NCBI RefSeq assembly: GCF_009914755.1
Contig: NC_060937.1
Length of the DNA: 64,000 bases
DNA from: the human T2T-CHM13v2.0 reference genome, Homo sapiens
Reading direction: 5' to 3' (one strand)
The position numbers and the translations under genes are program-made. The notes under the pieces are model-generated. The model had not been told where the DNA came from and did no database searches. It worked only from the letters and a program-made list of their open reading frames with translations. Shown here one piece after another: positions 1-16,669 of this stretch. How positions within the stretch are numbered: position 1 is the stretch's first letter; every line of letters begins with the position of its first letter.

Positions 1-893
1 CATTTCCCATAGGGGCCCCTGTGGGCTTGTGTGGCAGCGACATTTGACATAACCATTATGAATTTTTGGATGCATATGGAAGATGCTGGTGGTTCTATTT
101 TGTTAAAGAAACATGGAAATAAATTCATCTCAGAGAAAAGATCAAATCATGAAGTTACACAGAAAAAGGAATGGATCAGAATGTTCCCGTGTTGTGCTTG
201 GTGCTGGTTCCTGAGGTTAATAGTTAAATTGTCTTTTAAAGCCATTTCCTTTCTTCTCCCTATTTTTAACTAATTCCATCCAACCATCTAGCTCAGACTC
301 AGGACTGTTAACCTGGAAAAGAGGGGAAATGCAGAGGTCTCCTTGGTAACTATGTCTGTTCCCGGGCTGGAGCTGCTACCTCCGGTGGATCTGAGCAGAG
401 TGCTTCTGAATCACTCTTATTGCTCAGCTCCCAGCAGCTTTGCCTGGGGGCATCAAGAAAGGTTTAGAAAGATGAGCACCAAACACCCCTATGTTGAGAG
501 GACTATCTATGCCTTGGTGACACAGCCCTGCTTCTCCCTCAGGATTTTAAAATTTGCTCCTATCTGTTGCAAATCTGCCTTTCTTTCTACTGTATCCTCA
601 AATCTATACTTAGATCATCAGAAACATTTTTTTGAAATAAAATAGCACCCTTTAACCCAGAAATTCCCACCTGGGAATCTGGCCCAAACAAATTAATCCA
701 CAAGATAATAAAAGCTGTATGCATGAAGATGTTCATTGCAGAATTTTTTATACCTGTGACAGAGACAGGTTAAATGACAGGAAGATGATTATGTGAATTG
801 TGGTATATCCAGGCAATATATTATTACATTCAACAAAAGTATAACTAACACTGTGGCAACAGAGAACAACATGTCTTACAATCTTAAGTTTTA

Positions 894-2400
<1,507 letters not shown>

Positions 2401-2889
2401 CAAAGTGCCAGAAAGGAATGCACAAAATAACACTAGTAATGCTAGGTGAGTAGCTGTAAACATGAATTCCCTTCTGATGTATGATTAATAAAATAAATAG
2501 CACCCCTGAGCTTCTTCAAGTATAAACCAAATGTCATAATTATTTAGAAATTATTTAAGAAAATCTAACTATTCTTATGATTTCTTTTTAACTAAGCCTG
2601 TTAGGTATGGCGCCAAGTGAGTCAGAAAAGATTGAAAGTTCAGCCTTTTCAAATTCGAAGAAGGAATTCTTTTCACCAAAGCAGTAAAATTGCTTTTTTT
2701 CCTACCCTCATTTTGTTTTAGTTTCTCTGAGTTAAATGCTAATTTTTATTATCTATTTTTTTAAAATGCTGCTTTCCATGCAGACTTTAGATCTTTAGGT
2801 AACTATTTTCCAGTTAACCCTCTTATCCTCGCTGCATCAAGCTGGTCCCTCTCTCTCACCACTGTAGGCTCAGAAAATCATTGCATGTT

Positions 2890-3077
2890 AGCTGGGCATG
2901 ATGGCCCAAACCTGTAGTCTCAGCTACTGGGTAGGCTGAGATGGGGGCATCAGTTGAGCACAGGATTTCCAGGCTGTAGTGCATGATGATTGTGCCTTTG
3001 AATAACCACTGAACTACAGCCTGGGCAACATAGCAAGACCCTGTCTCTTAAACGTTAACTAATTAATTAAAATTAAA
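2890..3077 (+). mobile_element. FAM-type (7SL-derived monomeric Alu) with 18-bp TSD
   Basis: Monomer with the 7SL-like segment GTGCCTTTGAATAACCACTG; TSD AGAAAATCATTGCATGTT at 2872-2889 and 3078-3095. Confidence 0.8.
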
Positions 3078-3112
3078 AGAAAATCATTGCATGTTTGAAC
3101 TGTGAAGGATGG

Positions 3113-3453
<341 letters not shown>

Positions 3454-3561
3454 TCAAACCAAGGTCACTTGGAGGTAGGAAGGTATATGGCTTTGTTGTT
3501 ACATAGTCCTTCAATTTACTTTGGATTGATAATTTTATAATAGCTATAAGCACAAGGCATT

Positions 3562-5460
3562 TGCAATGGACTGAATGTTTGTGTACCTCCAACATTCGTG
3601 TGTTAAAATCCTAACCCCCAAGGTGATGTTATTAGGAGGTCGGGCCTTTGGGAGGTGATTAGGTCGTGATGGCAGAGCCCTCATAATGGGATTAATGCTC
3701 TTGATGGTTGACTTTGGGTGTCAACTTGGCTGAATTGAGGAATCTCAGAAAGCTGATAAAGCATCATTTACTCTGAATGTTTCAGCAGGCACTGAGCTAT
3801 TCCTCTTCTGCTGAAAGGGACACCCAGCTGGTTTTACTCTGGACTAGAGTGTTTCCCAAGGAGACCAGCTTGTGGGTCAATGGACTAAGTGTGGGGAAAT
3901 CTGCCTTCGATGTGGGCGACCAGCCAACTGACTGGGAGCCTGAATGGAACAAAAAGGCAGAAGAACAGCAGAGTTCTCTCCCTGTCTTTACCAGAGCTGA
4001 TATGCCCTTCTTCTCCTGCCCTTGGACATCCGTACTCCAGGTTCTCCAGTCTTTGGACTCTGGAACTCACACCAGCAAGCAATGCCAACTGGGGAGAGCC
4101 ACAGGCACCCAACTCCAACACTTGAGAGTGGCTGTGTGGGCTGAGGCCAGCAAAGCCATGGGGATGGGGCTGCCCAGGGCTGTGGGGGATCAACCCCCAC
4201 CCAGTAAATTCAGATACCAACATGTAGAGTCAAAGAAGATTTAATGCCTGAAGATTTAATGTCATTTGCCCTGTTAGGTTTTGGACTTACTCGGGATCTG
4301 TTATTCCTTTCCTCTTTCCTATTTCTCCCTTTTGGAGTGGAAATGTCTGTCCTGTCCCTGTACCACCAAAGTATTTTGGAAACATATAACTTGTTTGATT
4401 TCACATGCTCACAGTGGGAGGGAGGGAAATTTGTCTTAGAATGACTCCTGCCTGGAGTCTCACCTGTATCAGATTTAGATGAGTCGGTGGACTCTAGAAT
4501 TTTAAGTTGATGCTGGAATGAGTTAAGAGATTTGGAGCTATTGGGATGGAATGAACATATTTTGCATGTGAGAAGGACATGAATTTGGGGTGCCAGGGTC
4601 GGAGTGGTGGAATCCTATGCTTTGAATGTGTCCCTTCCAAAACTCAGGTGTTGCCAATGTGATAATATTAAGAAGTGGGGCCTTTAAGAAGTGATTAGGC
4701 TATGAGGGTTCCTTCTTCCTGCATGGAATTAGGCACCCTTACATTAGGCTTGGTAGAGGAAGTTCATCCCTTTTGCCCTTCAGCCTTCTGCTATGTGAGG
4801 ACACAGCATCCTCACCTCTGGAGCATACAGCAATAAGGCACTATCTTGGAAGCAGTGACTGGATGGTCATCAGACAGCTGAATCCACTGGCACCTTGATC
4901 TTGAACTTCCCAGCCTCCAGAATGGGGAAAATTAATTTCTGTTCTTTATAAATTACCCAGTCTCAGGTATTTTGTTTATTTAAAAAAATTTTAAACTTTA
5001 AATTTTTGTGGGTACATAGTAGGTATATATATTTCTGGGGTACATGAGATGTTTCGATATAGGCACACAATGCGTAATAATCACATCATGAAGAATGGGG
5101 TCTCCATTCCCTCAAGCATTTATCCTTTGTGTTACAAACATTCCAGTTATACTCTTTTAGTTATTTTTAAATGCACAATTAAATTATTAGTCTCGGGTAT
5201 TTTGTTGTAGCAGCACAAATGGACTAAGACAATGCATTTGTAAGAAGAGACATGTGAGAGATAATCTCTGTTGGCCACGTGAGGACATAGTGAGACGTTG
5301 GCTGGCTGCAACCTGAAAGCAGGCCCTCACCAGAACCCAATCATGCTGTCACCCTGATTGCAGACTTCCACCCTCTAGAATAGTAAGAAATAAATTTCTG
5401 TTGCTCATCAGCCACCTGGTGTATGGTAGTTAGTTTCAGTAGCTTGAACTGACTAAGACA
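3562..5460 (+). mobile_element. Nested LTR cluster: MLT1A-like LTR split by an MLT2-like piece, MaLR internal sequence and an MST-like LTR, which itself holds a short antisense L1 3' end (~4980-5190)
   Basis: MaLR LTR starts (TGCAATGGACTGAATG; TATGCTTTGAATGTGTCCC), two GACTAAGACA LTR ends (5230, 5460), MLT2-type start TGATGGTTGACTTTGGGTGTCAACTTG. Confidence 0.8.
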
Positions 5461-5685
5461 GTATTTATACTTAATTGTATAATTACATAAATTTAAGCAT
5501 TACTACAAAAGAAATATTTTTATTCAGTTAACACCTGGGAGGGGCATGAGCATCTTCTTTCTTTGTAAGAGGCCAGTCCTTAGTAAGTCTCTACCTGCCT
5601 TCACGGGATAAGGACTCTGAGTCTGAGGCAGGAGAATGACTGGGCCCTGCTCCCTCTGGGGTGGGAGACTAAAACCTGTTCGGTA

Positions 5686-6092
5686 TGTGTCTTAGTCTGT
5701 TTTGTGCTGCCATAACAGAATACCAGAGACTGGGTAATTTATAAAGAGAAAAAATTTATTTCTCAGAGTTCTGTAGGCTGGGAAATCTAATATCAAGGTG
5801 CTGGCATCTAGGGAGAGCCTTCTTGCTGTGTCATCCCATGGTTGAAGGCATCATTGGGTGGGAGAAAGGGAGAGAGAGGGAGAGAAGGGAAAAGAGCCAG
5901 ACTTATCCTCTCATCAGGAACCCACTTTCTGAGATAATTAACCCACCCCCCCTGAAAATGGCATTAATCCATCCACGAAGGCAGAACTCTCATGACCTAA
6001 TCAACTCTAAAAGGTCCCACCTTTCAACATCATTGCACTGGGGATTAAGTTTCCAACACATGACCTTTGGGGAACACATTCAAGCCATAGCT
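5686..6092 (-). mobile_element. MaLR LTR (MST/MLT1A-like)
   Basis: TGTCTTAGTCTGTTTTGTGCTGC ... ACATTCAAGCCATAGC. Confidence 0.85.
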
Positions 6093-6366
6093 ATGTACTT
6101 AATTGTTCCATACAGGATTTAGAAACTCTGGCTGGCATTGGCCTGTCAGACTCTACATCACAGGTCTGAGAGCTCAGTGGTGGTTGTAGCTTCCCCAAAC
6201 TATCTTTACAGTCATCATCAAATTCATATTTCCCACCCAGAACTGTCCCCTGAGCTCCAGATTTACACTTTGAGGCATGTATTCAACATCTACTCTTGGA
6301 CATCTCAAACTTAACACACCCAACAAGAACCTAAGTCCTCCCCTTTCCATTTATAAGGACACTCTC

Positions 6367-7386
6367 TGATATGGTTTGGTTGTGTCCCCACCCAAATCCC
6401 AACTTGAACTGTATCTCTCAGAATTCCCGTGTGTTGTGGGAGGGACCCAGGGGGAAGTAACTGAATCATGGGGGTCAGTCTTTCCCATGCAATTCTCATG
6501 ATAGTGAATAAGTCTCATGAGATCTGATGGGTTTATCAGGGGTTTCCGCTTTTGCTTCTTCCTCATTTTCTCTTGCCACTGCCATGTAAGAAGTACCTTT
6601 CGCCTTCCACCATGTTTCTAAGTCCTCCCCAACCACGTAAAACTGTAAATCAAATTAAACCTCTTTTTCTTCCCAGTCTCGGGTATATCTTTATCAGCAT
6701 GAAAATGGACTAATACAGTAAACTGGTACCAGTAGAGTGTGGCACTGCTGAAAAGATAATCCTAAAATGTGGAAGTGACTTTGGATCTAGATAATAGGCA
6801 GATGGTTGGAACAGTCTGGAGGGCTCAGAAGAAGATAGGAAAATGTGGGAAAGTTTGGAACTCCGAGAGACTTGTTGAATGGCTTTGGCAAAAGAGCTGA
6901 TAATAATAAGAACAATAAGGTCCAGGCTGAGGTGGTCTCAGATGGAGATGAGGAACTTGTTGGGAACTGGAGCAAAGGTGACCCTTGTTATCTTTTAGCA
7001 AAGAGACTGTCAGCATTTTGCCCCTGCCCTAGAGTTTTGTGGAACTTTGAACTTGAGAGAGATGATTTTGGGTATCTGGCAGAAGAAATTTCTAAGCAGC
7101 AAAACATTCAAAAGGTGACATGGGTGCTGTTAAAGGCATCCTGTTTTAAAAGGGAAACAGAGCATAAAAGTTCAGAAAACTTGCAGCCTAACGATGCAAT
7201 AGAAAAGAAAAACCCATTTTCTGAGGAGAAATTCAAGCTGGCTGCAGAAATTTGCATAAGTAGCAAGGAGCCTAATGTTAATCCCCAAGACCATGGGGAA
7301 AATGTCTCCAGGGCATGTCAGAGACCTTCAGGGCAGGCTCTCCCATCACAGGCCTGGAGGCCCAGGAGGAAAAAGTGGTTTCATGG
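6367..7386 (+). mobile_element. THE1 LTR (6367-6717) plus THE1-internal 5' part
   Basis: TGATATGGTTTGG...GACTAATACA, then GTAAACTGGTACCAGTAGAG. ORF 6845-7414 is the familiar MaLR-internal ORF remnant. Confidence 0.92.
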
Positions 7387-7953
7387 CGTCAAAGCACAGC
7401 CTCACCCTCTTTAGGCTGAGCAGTTTCAAAGTGTGGGCGTATCAGACTTATTGAAGGGGACAAGGGCTGAGTGAAATCCTGGAATAGGTCGGGGGGACAC
7501 AAGCTCTGGTAGACACCAAGTGACTTGTCTAGGTAACAGGAGGTGAGGTACGGGAGCATAAAGGCACTCTCTTCTGACGGCTTTCATGTCCCAGGTAAGT
7601 TGTGAATGGGAGCCAGCTCCCCTCGAGTGAGAACAGGAGGAAGGAGCATTGGAGGCTCCAGGACAGAGGAGTATGAGCTGGAATCCAGGAAAAGGAGGAG
7701 CCAGCTGATTAACAAACTGCAGTGGGATTGGCTGGCAATAATTAGGGGCCAGTGAGGTTCAGTCAGCAATGCAGAGTGACACCCATTGGCATTGGTTGGG
7801 TTTTTTTCTCCAGGCTGTTTGGATTCACACGTGTGGGTGGTGCAGAGATGCAGACACCAGGGGAGGGATTTTTCCAGGCAAGCATGAGAGTGACAGGCAG
7901 GGCAACTGAGTTGTAAATATTTGCCAGGGACTGATTAAAATGATGGAATGTGG

Positions 7954-9250
7954 CTTTACAGTTTCAGGTTTTATGTTTAAGTCTTTAATCCATTTTGAGA
8001 AAATATAGGGAAAAGCATCTTGGTATTGGCCTTGGCAATGATTTTTTAGACATGATCCCAAAAACACAGGCAACAAAAACAAACATAAGTGTGATTCCAT
8101 CAAACTAAAAAGCTTCTGCACAGCAAAGGAAACAACAGAGTGGAGAGACACCTTGCCAAATGGAGTAAGATATGTGCAAACCATATATCCTATATGGGGT
8201 TAATGTCCAAAATATATAGGGAACTCAACTCAACAGCAAGAAAGCAAATAACTTGATCAAAAATGGACAAATAGCCTAAATGGACATTTCTCAAATGAAA
8301 TATACAAATGACCAACACGTTTATGAAAAAATGCTCAACATCACTAATCATTGGGGAGCTACAAATTAAAATGAGATATCACCTAACACCTTGAGAAAGG
8401 CTATTATCAAAAAGACCAAAGGCAGGTGTCGGTGAGGATGTGGAGAAAGAGGTACCCTTGTACTGTTGGTGGGAATGTAAGTTAGACCAGCCACTATGGA
8501 AAACAGTTTAGAGGTCCCTCAAAACACTAAAAATAGAACTACCACGTGATCCAGCAATCCCACTACTGGGGATATATCCAAAGGAATGAAATCAGTATCT
8601 AGAAAAAATATCTGCAAGTCCACGTTTGTTGCATCATTATTCACAGTAGCCAAGACATGCAACCAACCTCTAAGTGTCCATTGATGGATGAATGGATAAA
8701 GAAAATGTGGTATATGCACACATGATAGGTATACTCCACATCCTCACTGACACAACAGAATATTACTCAGCCTTAAAAAAAAATTTCCAACAACATGAAT
8801 GAACCTGGAGGACATTATGCTAAGTGAAATAAGCTAGACACAGAAAGACAAATACTGTATGATCTCACTTATATGTGGAGTGTAAAAAAGTTGAACTTTA
8901 AAGAGGCAGAGAGTAGGAGTGGGTACCAGTATACGGGGGTGATAAGAATGGGGAAATGCTGTCAAAGGGTATAAAGTTTCAGTTAGACAGGAGGAGTGCA
9001 CTCTGGAGACCTATTGTACATCATGGTGGGTATAGTTAATAACAATGTATTGTGTTCTTAAAACTTGCTAAGAGAGTAGATCTTAAATGTTCCTCTCACA
9101 AAACATGACAGATATATGAGGTGGAAGATGTGTTAATTGGCTTGATTGTGGTAATTACTTCACAATGTATATGTATATCAAAACATCATGTTGTTCACCA
9201 TAAATGTAAACATTTTTTGTCAATTACACTTCAATAAAGCTGGGAAAAAA
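7954..9250 (+). mobile_element. 5'-truncated L1M(A)-type LINE with a short inverted 5' segment
   Basis: ORF2 C-terminal and 3'UTR remnants; 7954-7999 is the reverse complement of the L1 sequence that normally precedes 8000. Confidence 0.88.
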
Positions 9251-9379
9251 GAGAGTTCATTCAAATGAATGCCACATTAAATACACCCAACTATGTAATT
9301 TTTTAATGATGGAATATGGGGTCTTTTCATTATAAGTTCTTTTGTGGCATTTGATTGGTTACCATGTCCATGATTACAA

Positions 9380-9638
9380 TTTTTTTTTTTTTTTTTTGGA
9401 CACAGAGTTTCCCTCTCTCGCCCAGGCTGGAGCGCAATGGCATGATCTTGGCTCACTGCAAATTAAGTAACTGGTATTTCAGGCACCCGCCACCACGTCC
9501 AGCTAATTTTTGTAGTTTTAGTAGAGACGGGGTTTCTCCATGTTGGCCAGGCTGGTCTCAAACACCTGACCTCAAGTGATCTTCCTACATCAGCCTCCAA
9601 AAGTGCTGGGATTACAGGCGTGAGACACTGCACCTGAC
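9380..9638 (-). mobile_element. Alu with internal deletion
   Basis: Poly-T followed by antisense Alu arms. Confidence 0.92.
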
Positions 9639-9959
9639 CATGATTGTTAATATTTTTAAGTAGAAAAAAAAGAATGTAAAGCGGATGCTGGTCAGATTAA
9701 GAATGAGCTGGTCCTAAGAGATAGTGCATGGAAGCACCCCAGAGTTCATCCTGCATCTTTGCCTCCTGGGGCAAGGGAATCACGTGGACACAGGGTGTGA
9801 GGAGCACCCCTAGAATCTCCAGCAACTCTGAATGGGTTTTCTGGTCAGGGTTTGCTTTCCAGGGCACAGCTTCCACCCTTCCTAAGATAGAGTCCACTCC
9901 ACTCTTACATAAAATAGGAGTTAATATACCTAAGGCAGGCAGGGGGAGAGACTGTCCAT

Positions 9960-10732
9960 CTCTTATGGGTTGGGTTGTGTCCCCCCAAATTCACTGTTGA
10001 AGTCCTGATCTTCTGAAGTCTTTACAGGGGTGGTTAAGTTAAAATGAGGCCATGAGGGTCTGTCCTAATCTAAAATCATTTGTGTGTATGCATATATTCA
10101 TTGCAGCACTATTCACAATAGCAAAGACATGGAATCAACCTAAATCTCTTTAATGGTAAAGAAAATGTGGTACACATACACCATGGAATACTATGCAGCC
10201 ATAAAAAGAACAAGATCATGTCCTTTGCAGGAACTTGGATGGAGCTGGAGGCCATTATCCTAAGCGAACTAACACAGGAACAGAAAACCAAATACCACAT
10301 GTTCTCACTTGTAAGTGGGAGCCAAATGATGAGAACACATGGATACATAGAGGGGAATAACGCCTATCAGAGAGTGGAGGGTAGGAGGAGGGAGAGGATC
10401 AGGAAAAATAATGAATGGGCACTAGGCTTAATATACCCAGGTGATGAAATAATCTGTAAAACAAACCCCCATGATACAAGTTTACCTATGTGACAAACCT
10501 GCATTTGTACCCAGGAACTTAAAATAAACATTAAAAAAAGAGGCAATTAGGATACAGACACATAGAGAGGGAAGTCTGCAAGCCAAGGGGAGAGGAGGCT
10601 GCAGGAGAATCCAAACCTGACACTTTGATCCTGGACTTCCGGGCTCCAGGACTACGCAGCAATAACCTTCTGCTGTTTATGCCCTCAGTGTGTGTAACTT
10701 CCTTATAGTAACCCCAGCAAACGCATACATCA
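9960..10732 (+). mobile_element. MLT1-type LTR interrupted by an L1P 3' end (~10085-10540)
   Basis: LTR halves flank an L1 3'UTR with AATAAA and A-tail. Confidence 0.8.
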
Positions 10733-11161
10733 TCCAGACTAGGTAGGCCATTTTTCTAAAATATTACTAAACAATGTCAAATATTTAAACGCTGTTTTGT
10801 AAAATACAAGCTGAAGTGTTTGAACAACGTTTCCTCATTTGCACATTTATGCGCCAGTGAATTGCTGGTTGACATATTCATAGGTTTAAGCATATGGCAT
10901 CTGGTTCATTTCATATATGTTTGGTTTCATCACACTGAATTCTGTTGTCACTTACATTAAGTCCCCAAAAGCCCTTTTCATGAAATGTTAAGGAGAGATC
11001 ATGAAATAATGAAATCAGATAAATAAACAATTGAATCTGGTGAATCCAACCAGAATTAAAAGTTGTCATATTAGGGTCGACTTTGTACTATTTCGAGTGA
11101 TAGTAACATATTACGGAATTAGACATAAACAAGATGCATTCCTAATTATATGTGTCTGTGA

Positions 11162-11162
<1 letters not shown>

Positions 11163-11215
<53 letters not shown>
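11163..11215. repeat. (TG)n microsatellite
   Basis: Perfect TG run of ~26 units. Confidence 0.98.
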
Positions 11216-11216
<1 letters not shown>

Positions 11217-11644
11217 GATGTATAAACTCTGGACAAAAAAATGTTTTCTTAAAGAACTATTTGAAGGCAAATAGTTCTTCAGTTAAATAGTTCTTCAAAT
11301 AGTTAAGAAACTATTTAATAAACAGTTCTTCTTTAAATAGTTCTTCCAATAGTTAAGAAACTATTTGAAGTTTCTTAAAGAACTATTGGAAAGTGGATAA
11401 GAACAGGCAGAAACTGGAAGAGTGTCCGTCTGTAAGGATGAGCGTTTGCCTGGCTTTCCTCTGGGGCTGATGTGGAAAGTACAGCTTCTCTCACTGCCTT
11501 GAGGGCTCAGCGGTTGGAGGAGGGATTCCTAAATGGCTGGAAAATGAGGGGGGAAACGCCAGGTTGAAAGGAGCAGGGAGCGCTTCCGGAGACGTTGTCT
11601 GCAGGCACTCAGAATGGTCCAGCGTTTGACATACTATCGTAGGC

Positions 11645-13330
<1,686 letters not shown>

Positions 13331-14427
13331 TTAATAATCTTGAGACTATTATGAATGGAAAGGGGATCTAGAAAACTAGTGGTCTGAGAATGCTTCTCTA
13401 GTGCCTAGTGCATGCTAGGTACTCACTAAATGCTGAATGAATGTTGTAAAGGCACATTCTCTTTAATATTTGTCTGCCTTCTGAAGCTTCTGTCTTTCAA
13501 AACGTCTCCAATTAACATCTGGAAAACTGATCTGTTTGTTTTATTTTCTTGGGAGCCATAATGCTTTAACTGTAGCTCATACATGTTCGAGTAGCGCAGC
13601 TTAGATGAAGACCTAATGACTAGAGCGTAAGCCCCAGAACTCAGAAGTTACCCTCAGAATCACTATAAATGTCTCCAACTATTTTTTATCCTTTCCTTTT
13701 TCTTAAGTGCCTACATCAAGATAAAAATTTAAAACTAGTTTGCAATGTGTTTAATGTAATTGCTTTTATTTTAACTATTGGTATTGCAGCAGTGTTTTGT
13801 TTTGTTTTTACTGTTGAGCATTGTGACCTAGCTACACTGCATACCAAACAGGGGCCTAACTACCATTTAAACAACAGTTTTTAACAGGAAAGCACACGCC
13901 AAGTTTTAAAAGTGACTCTCAAGTGTCCTTCTGGAAGACAACAGATGTTGTGGTTATAACAGTTTCTGTGGTATAACAGAGAGTCCACAACGGGTTTGTG
14001 TCACACTAAACGGAAGCCACATTGGAAGCTGTCTCATGTTTAAGCAAACACTATGCTTTACAAGATTATTTTTGAATGGGCTACAATATATAAAATCAAC
14101 TACAAGCTTTCAGATGAGCTGAATGATGCTACAGAACCTGAACTTGGAACTACCTTGTCTTGGTAAGATGCACCTTCTCTCTGTTAGTGTCACATCAATG
14201 ACAAATTGGTGACAGCCACAGCTCTTGGCTGGCCACATCCCCAGAACTTCTGGTAAAGTCCACATAAAGCTCATTTTTGTGTGAGGCCCCAGAGAGTTGA
14301 GGCCTCACGAGGGCATTGAGTTGTGCCCTCGCAACTGCCTCGCCTGAGTTTTCTGAAAAAAGGTCTCCTGCTTTCAAAATTCCACATTAGCATCTAAGTG
14401 CTATCTTTCAGCTACAGCAGGCAGCTC

Positions 14428-14514
14428 TTTTCTTTTCTTTTCTTTCTTCTCCCTTTTTTCTCTTTCTTTCTTTCTCTCCTTTCTTTCTCTCTCTTTCCCT
14501 CCCTCTCTTTCTTT

Positions 14515-14558
<44 letters not shown>

Positions 14559-14912
14559 TTTCTTTCTTTCTCTCTCTTTCTCTTTCTTTCTTTCTTCTCT
14601 TCTTTTTCTTTCTTTTTTTTTTTTTTGAGACAGGGTCTTGCCTCACTCTGTCGCCCAGGCTGTGGTGCAGTGGTGTGATTACAGCTCACTGCAGCCTTGA
14701 CCATTCAGCTCAAGAGATCCTCTCACCTCAGCCTTCCAAGTAGCTGGGACCATAGGTGTGTGCCTCCGGGCCCAGCTAATTTTTAAATTTTTTGTAGAGA
14801 GGGGATCTCACCTTGTTGTCTGGGCTGGTCTTGAACTCCTGGGCTCAAGCCATCCTCTTGCCTCAGCCTCCCAAAATGCTGGGATTATAGGCATGAGCCA
14901 CTGCACCCAGTC
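14428..14912 (-). mobile_element. AluJ with expanded (CTTT)n/CT-rich tail (14428-14626)
   Basis: Pyrimidine tract followed by antisense Alu. Confidence 0.93.
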
Positions 14913-15810
14913 AGGCAGCCTTTACTTCAGATGAGCATAACTAAATCAGTAGGAGAGGAAGTGAGGTGAGAGACGAATCTCAGATCCTGACTATGATACG
15001 AATTGTGATTTGTTCTGCATAAGCTGCAAGCACTCAGGCTCAAAGTGGGATTAGAAACATTCCTGCCATCTTCCGTAGGAAGACTGGTGAGACACAGTGG
15101 CTCAGAAGAACCAAAGATTCAGTATTAGCAGGAAGATTCTAGATAACATTTCCCTGTTTTGCAACACACCTAACCTGAAGTTAATAAACCAGGATTAAAT
15201 AAAAGCATTTTATTTTCAGATCCAAAATACAAAGCCACACAGCCTTAGGCTGAGAGTCAGATTTCACAAGCTGAGCAGGAACAGGCCCCATCTTCCATTA
15301 GCTACTCAGTTAGTCAAGGAGAACTGGAGCTGCACATTGGGAGGGAAAAGGGCCACATATTTTCTGGTTCAATTAGGTAAAAGAGGCTTTGGTTTTTTTA
15401 AAAAAAATGAGCTTGCATTCTGAATTGCCAGGCTTGAATTTGATATTTCAAATGTCTCTTGTGTGTATATGTAAGTTACAGCCTGTTTCACCTGGTTTAC
15501 TGTTGAACAGTGGCTCGTCTGAAAATAAAGAAGTTGTTGAAAAGCTCTCAGCAAAAATGCCACCAACACTTGTATCACAGGAAATCTTCAAAGAGGGTAT
15601 ACTGTAACAAGTACCTGATAGTCATTTACTTACTCAACAACTACTTAGCAAGATCCTACCATGGGCCCAGTTGGGGGTGGGTGGGCACTGAGAACTAGCA
15701 AGATGGACCTAGTGCCTGACTTTGGGAAGTTTTCAGTCTAGCATGGAAGGGTTAAGTAAATTGTTACATAATTAATACAAAAATAAAATGGCCCTTTAAT
15801 AGCTGATACT

Positions 15811-16198
<388 letters not shown>

Positions 16199-16669
16199 TT
16201 ACTAGAGTTATGAGGAAAGCCAGCTCCCTGATGGATAATGGACTTAGGCAGTGCTCATCAATGGCTGTGGAATGTATTAGGTAAAACGCTGATGGGGGAA
16301 TTTTATAATTATATATATTCAGTTAACAACATCTGAATCTATTGATCAATCTCAATAGCATGAAAGGAGAGACATGTGGAAGTAAGTAGAGGCACCACTC
16401 ATGAAGTAGTCTTGCTGAAACCCAAACCAAATGAGCTTAAATCTGATCAAGACTCTAGATTCAGCTACTAGTTTTCAGGAAATACAGAGGATAGAAGAAC
16501 ATGTTAAATGACACCATGGGGATACAACTGGCAAAATTCCAAACATGGGAAACTGCACAGGGCTAACAATCCAGTTTCTTCAAAAACAACAGAATGACCA
16601 GAGAGGGGGTTGTGAGAGAGATATACATAGACACACACACACACATACACATATATATGTATGTATGTT

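Noticed and set aside
6845-7414. 189-aa ORF
   Set aside because: THE1 internal-region remnant, common genome-wide
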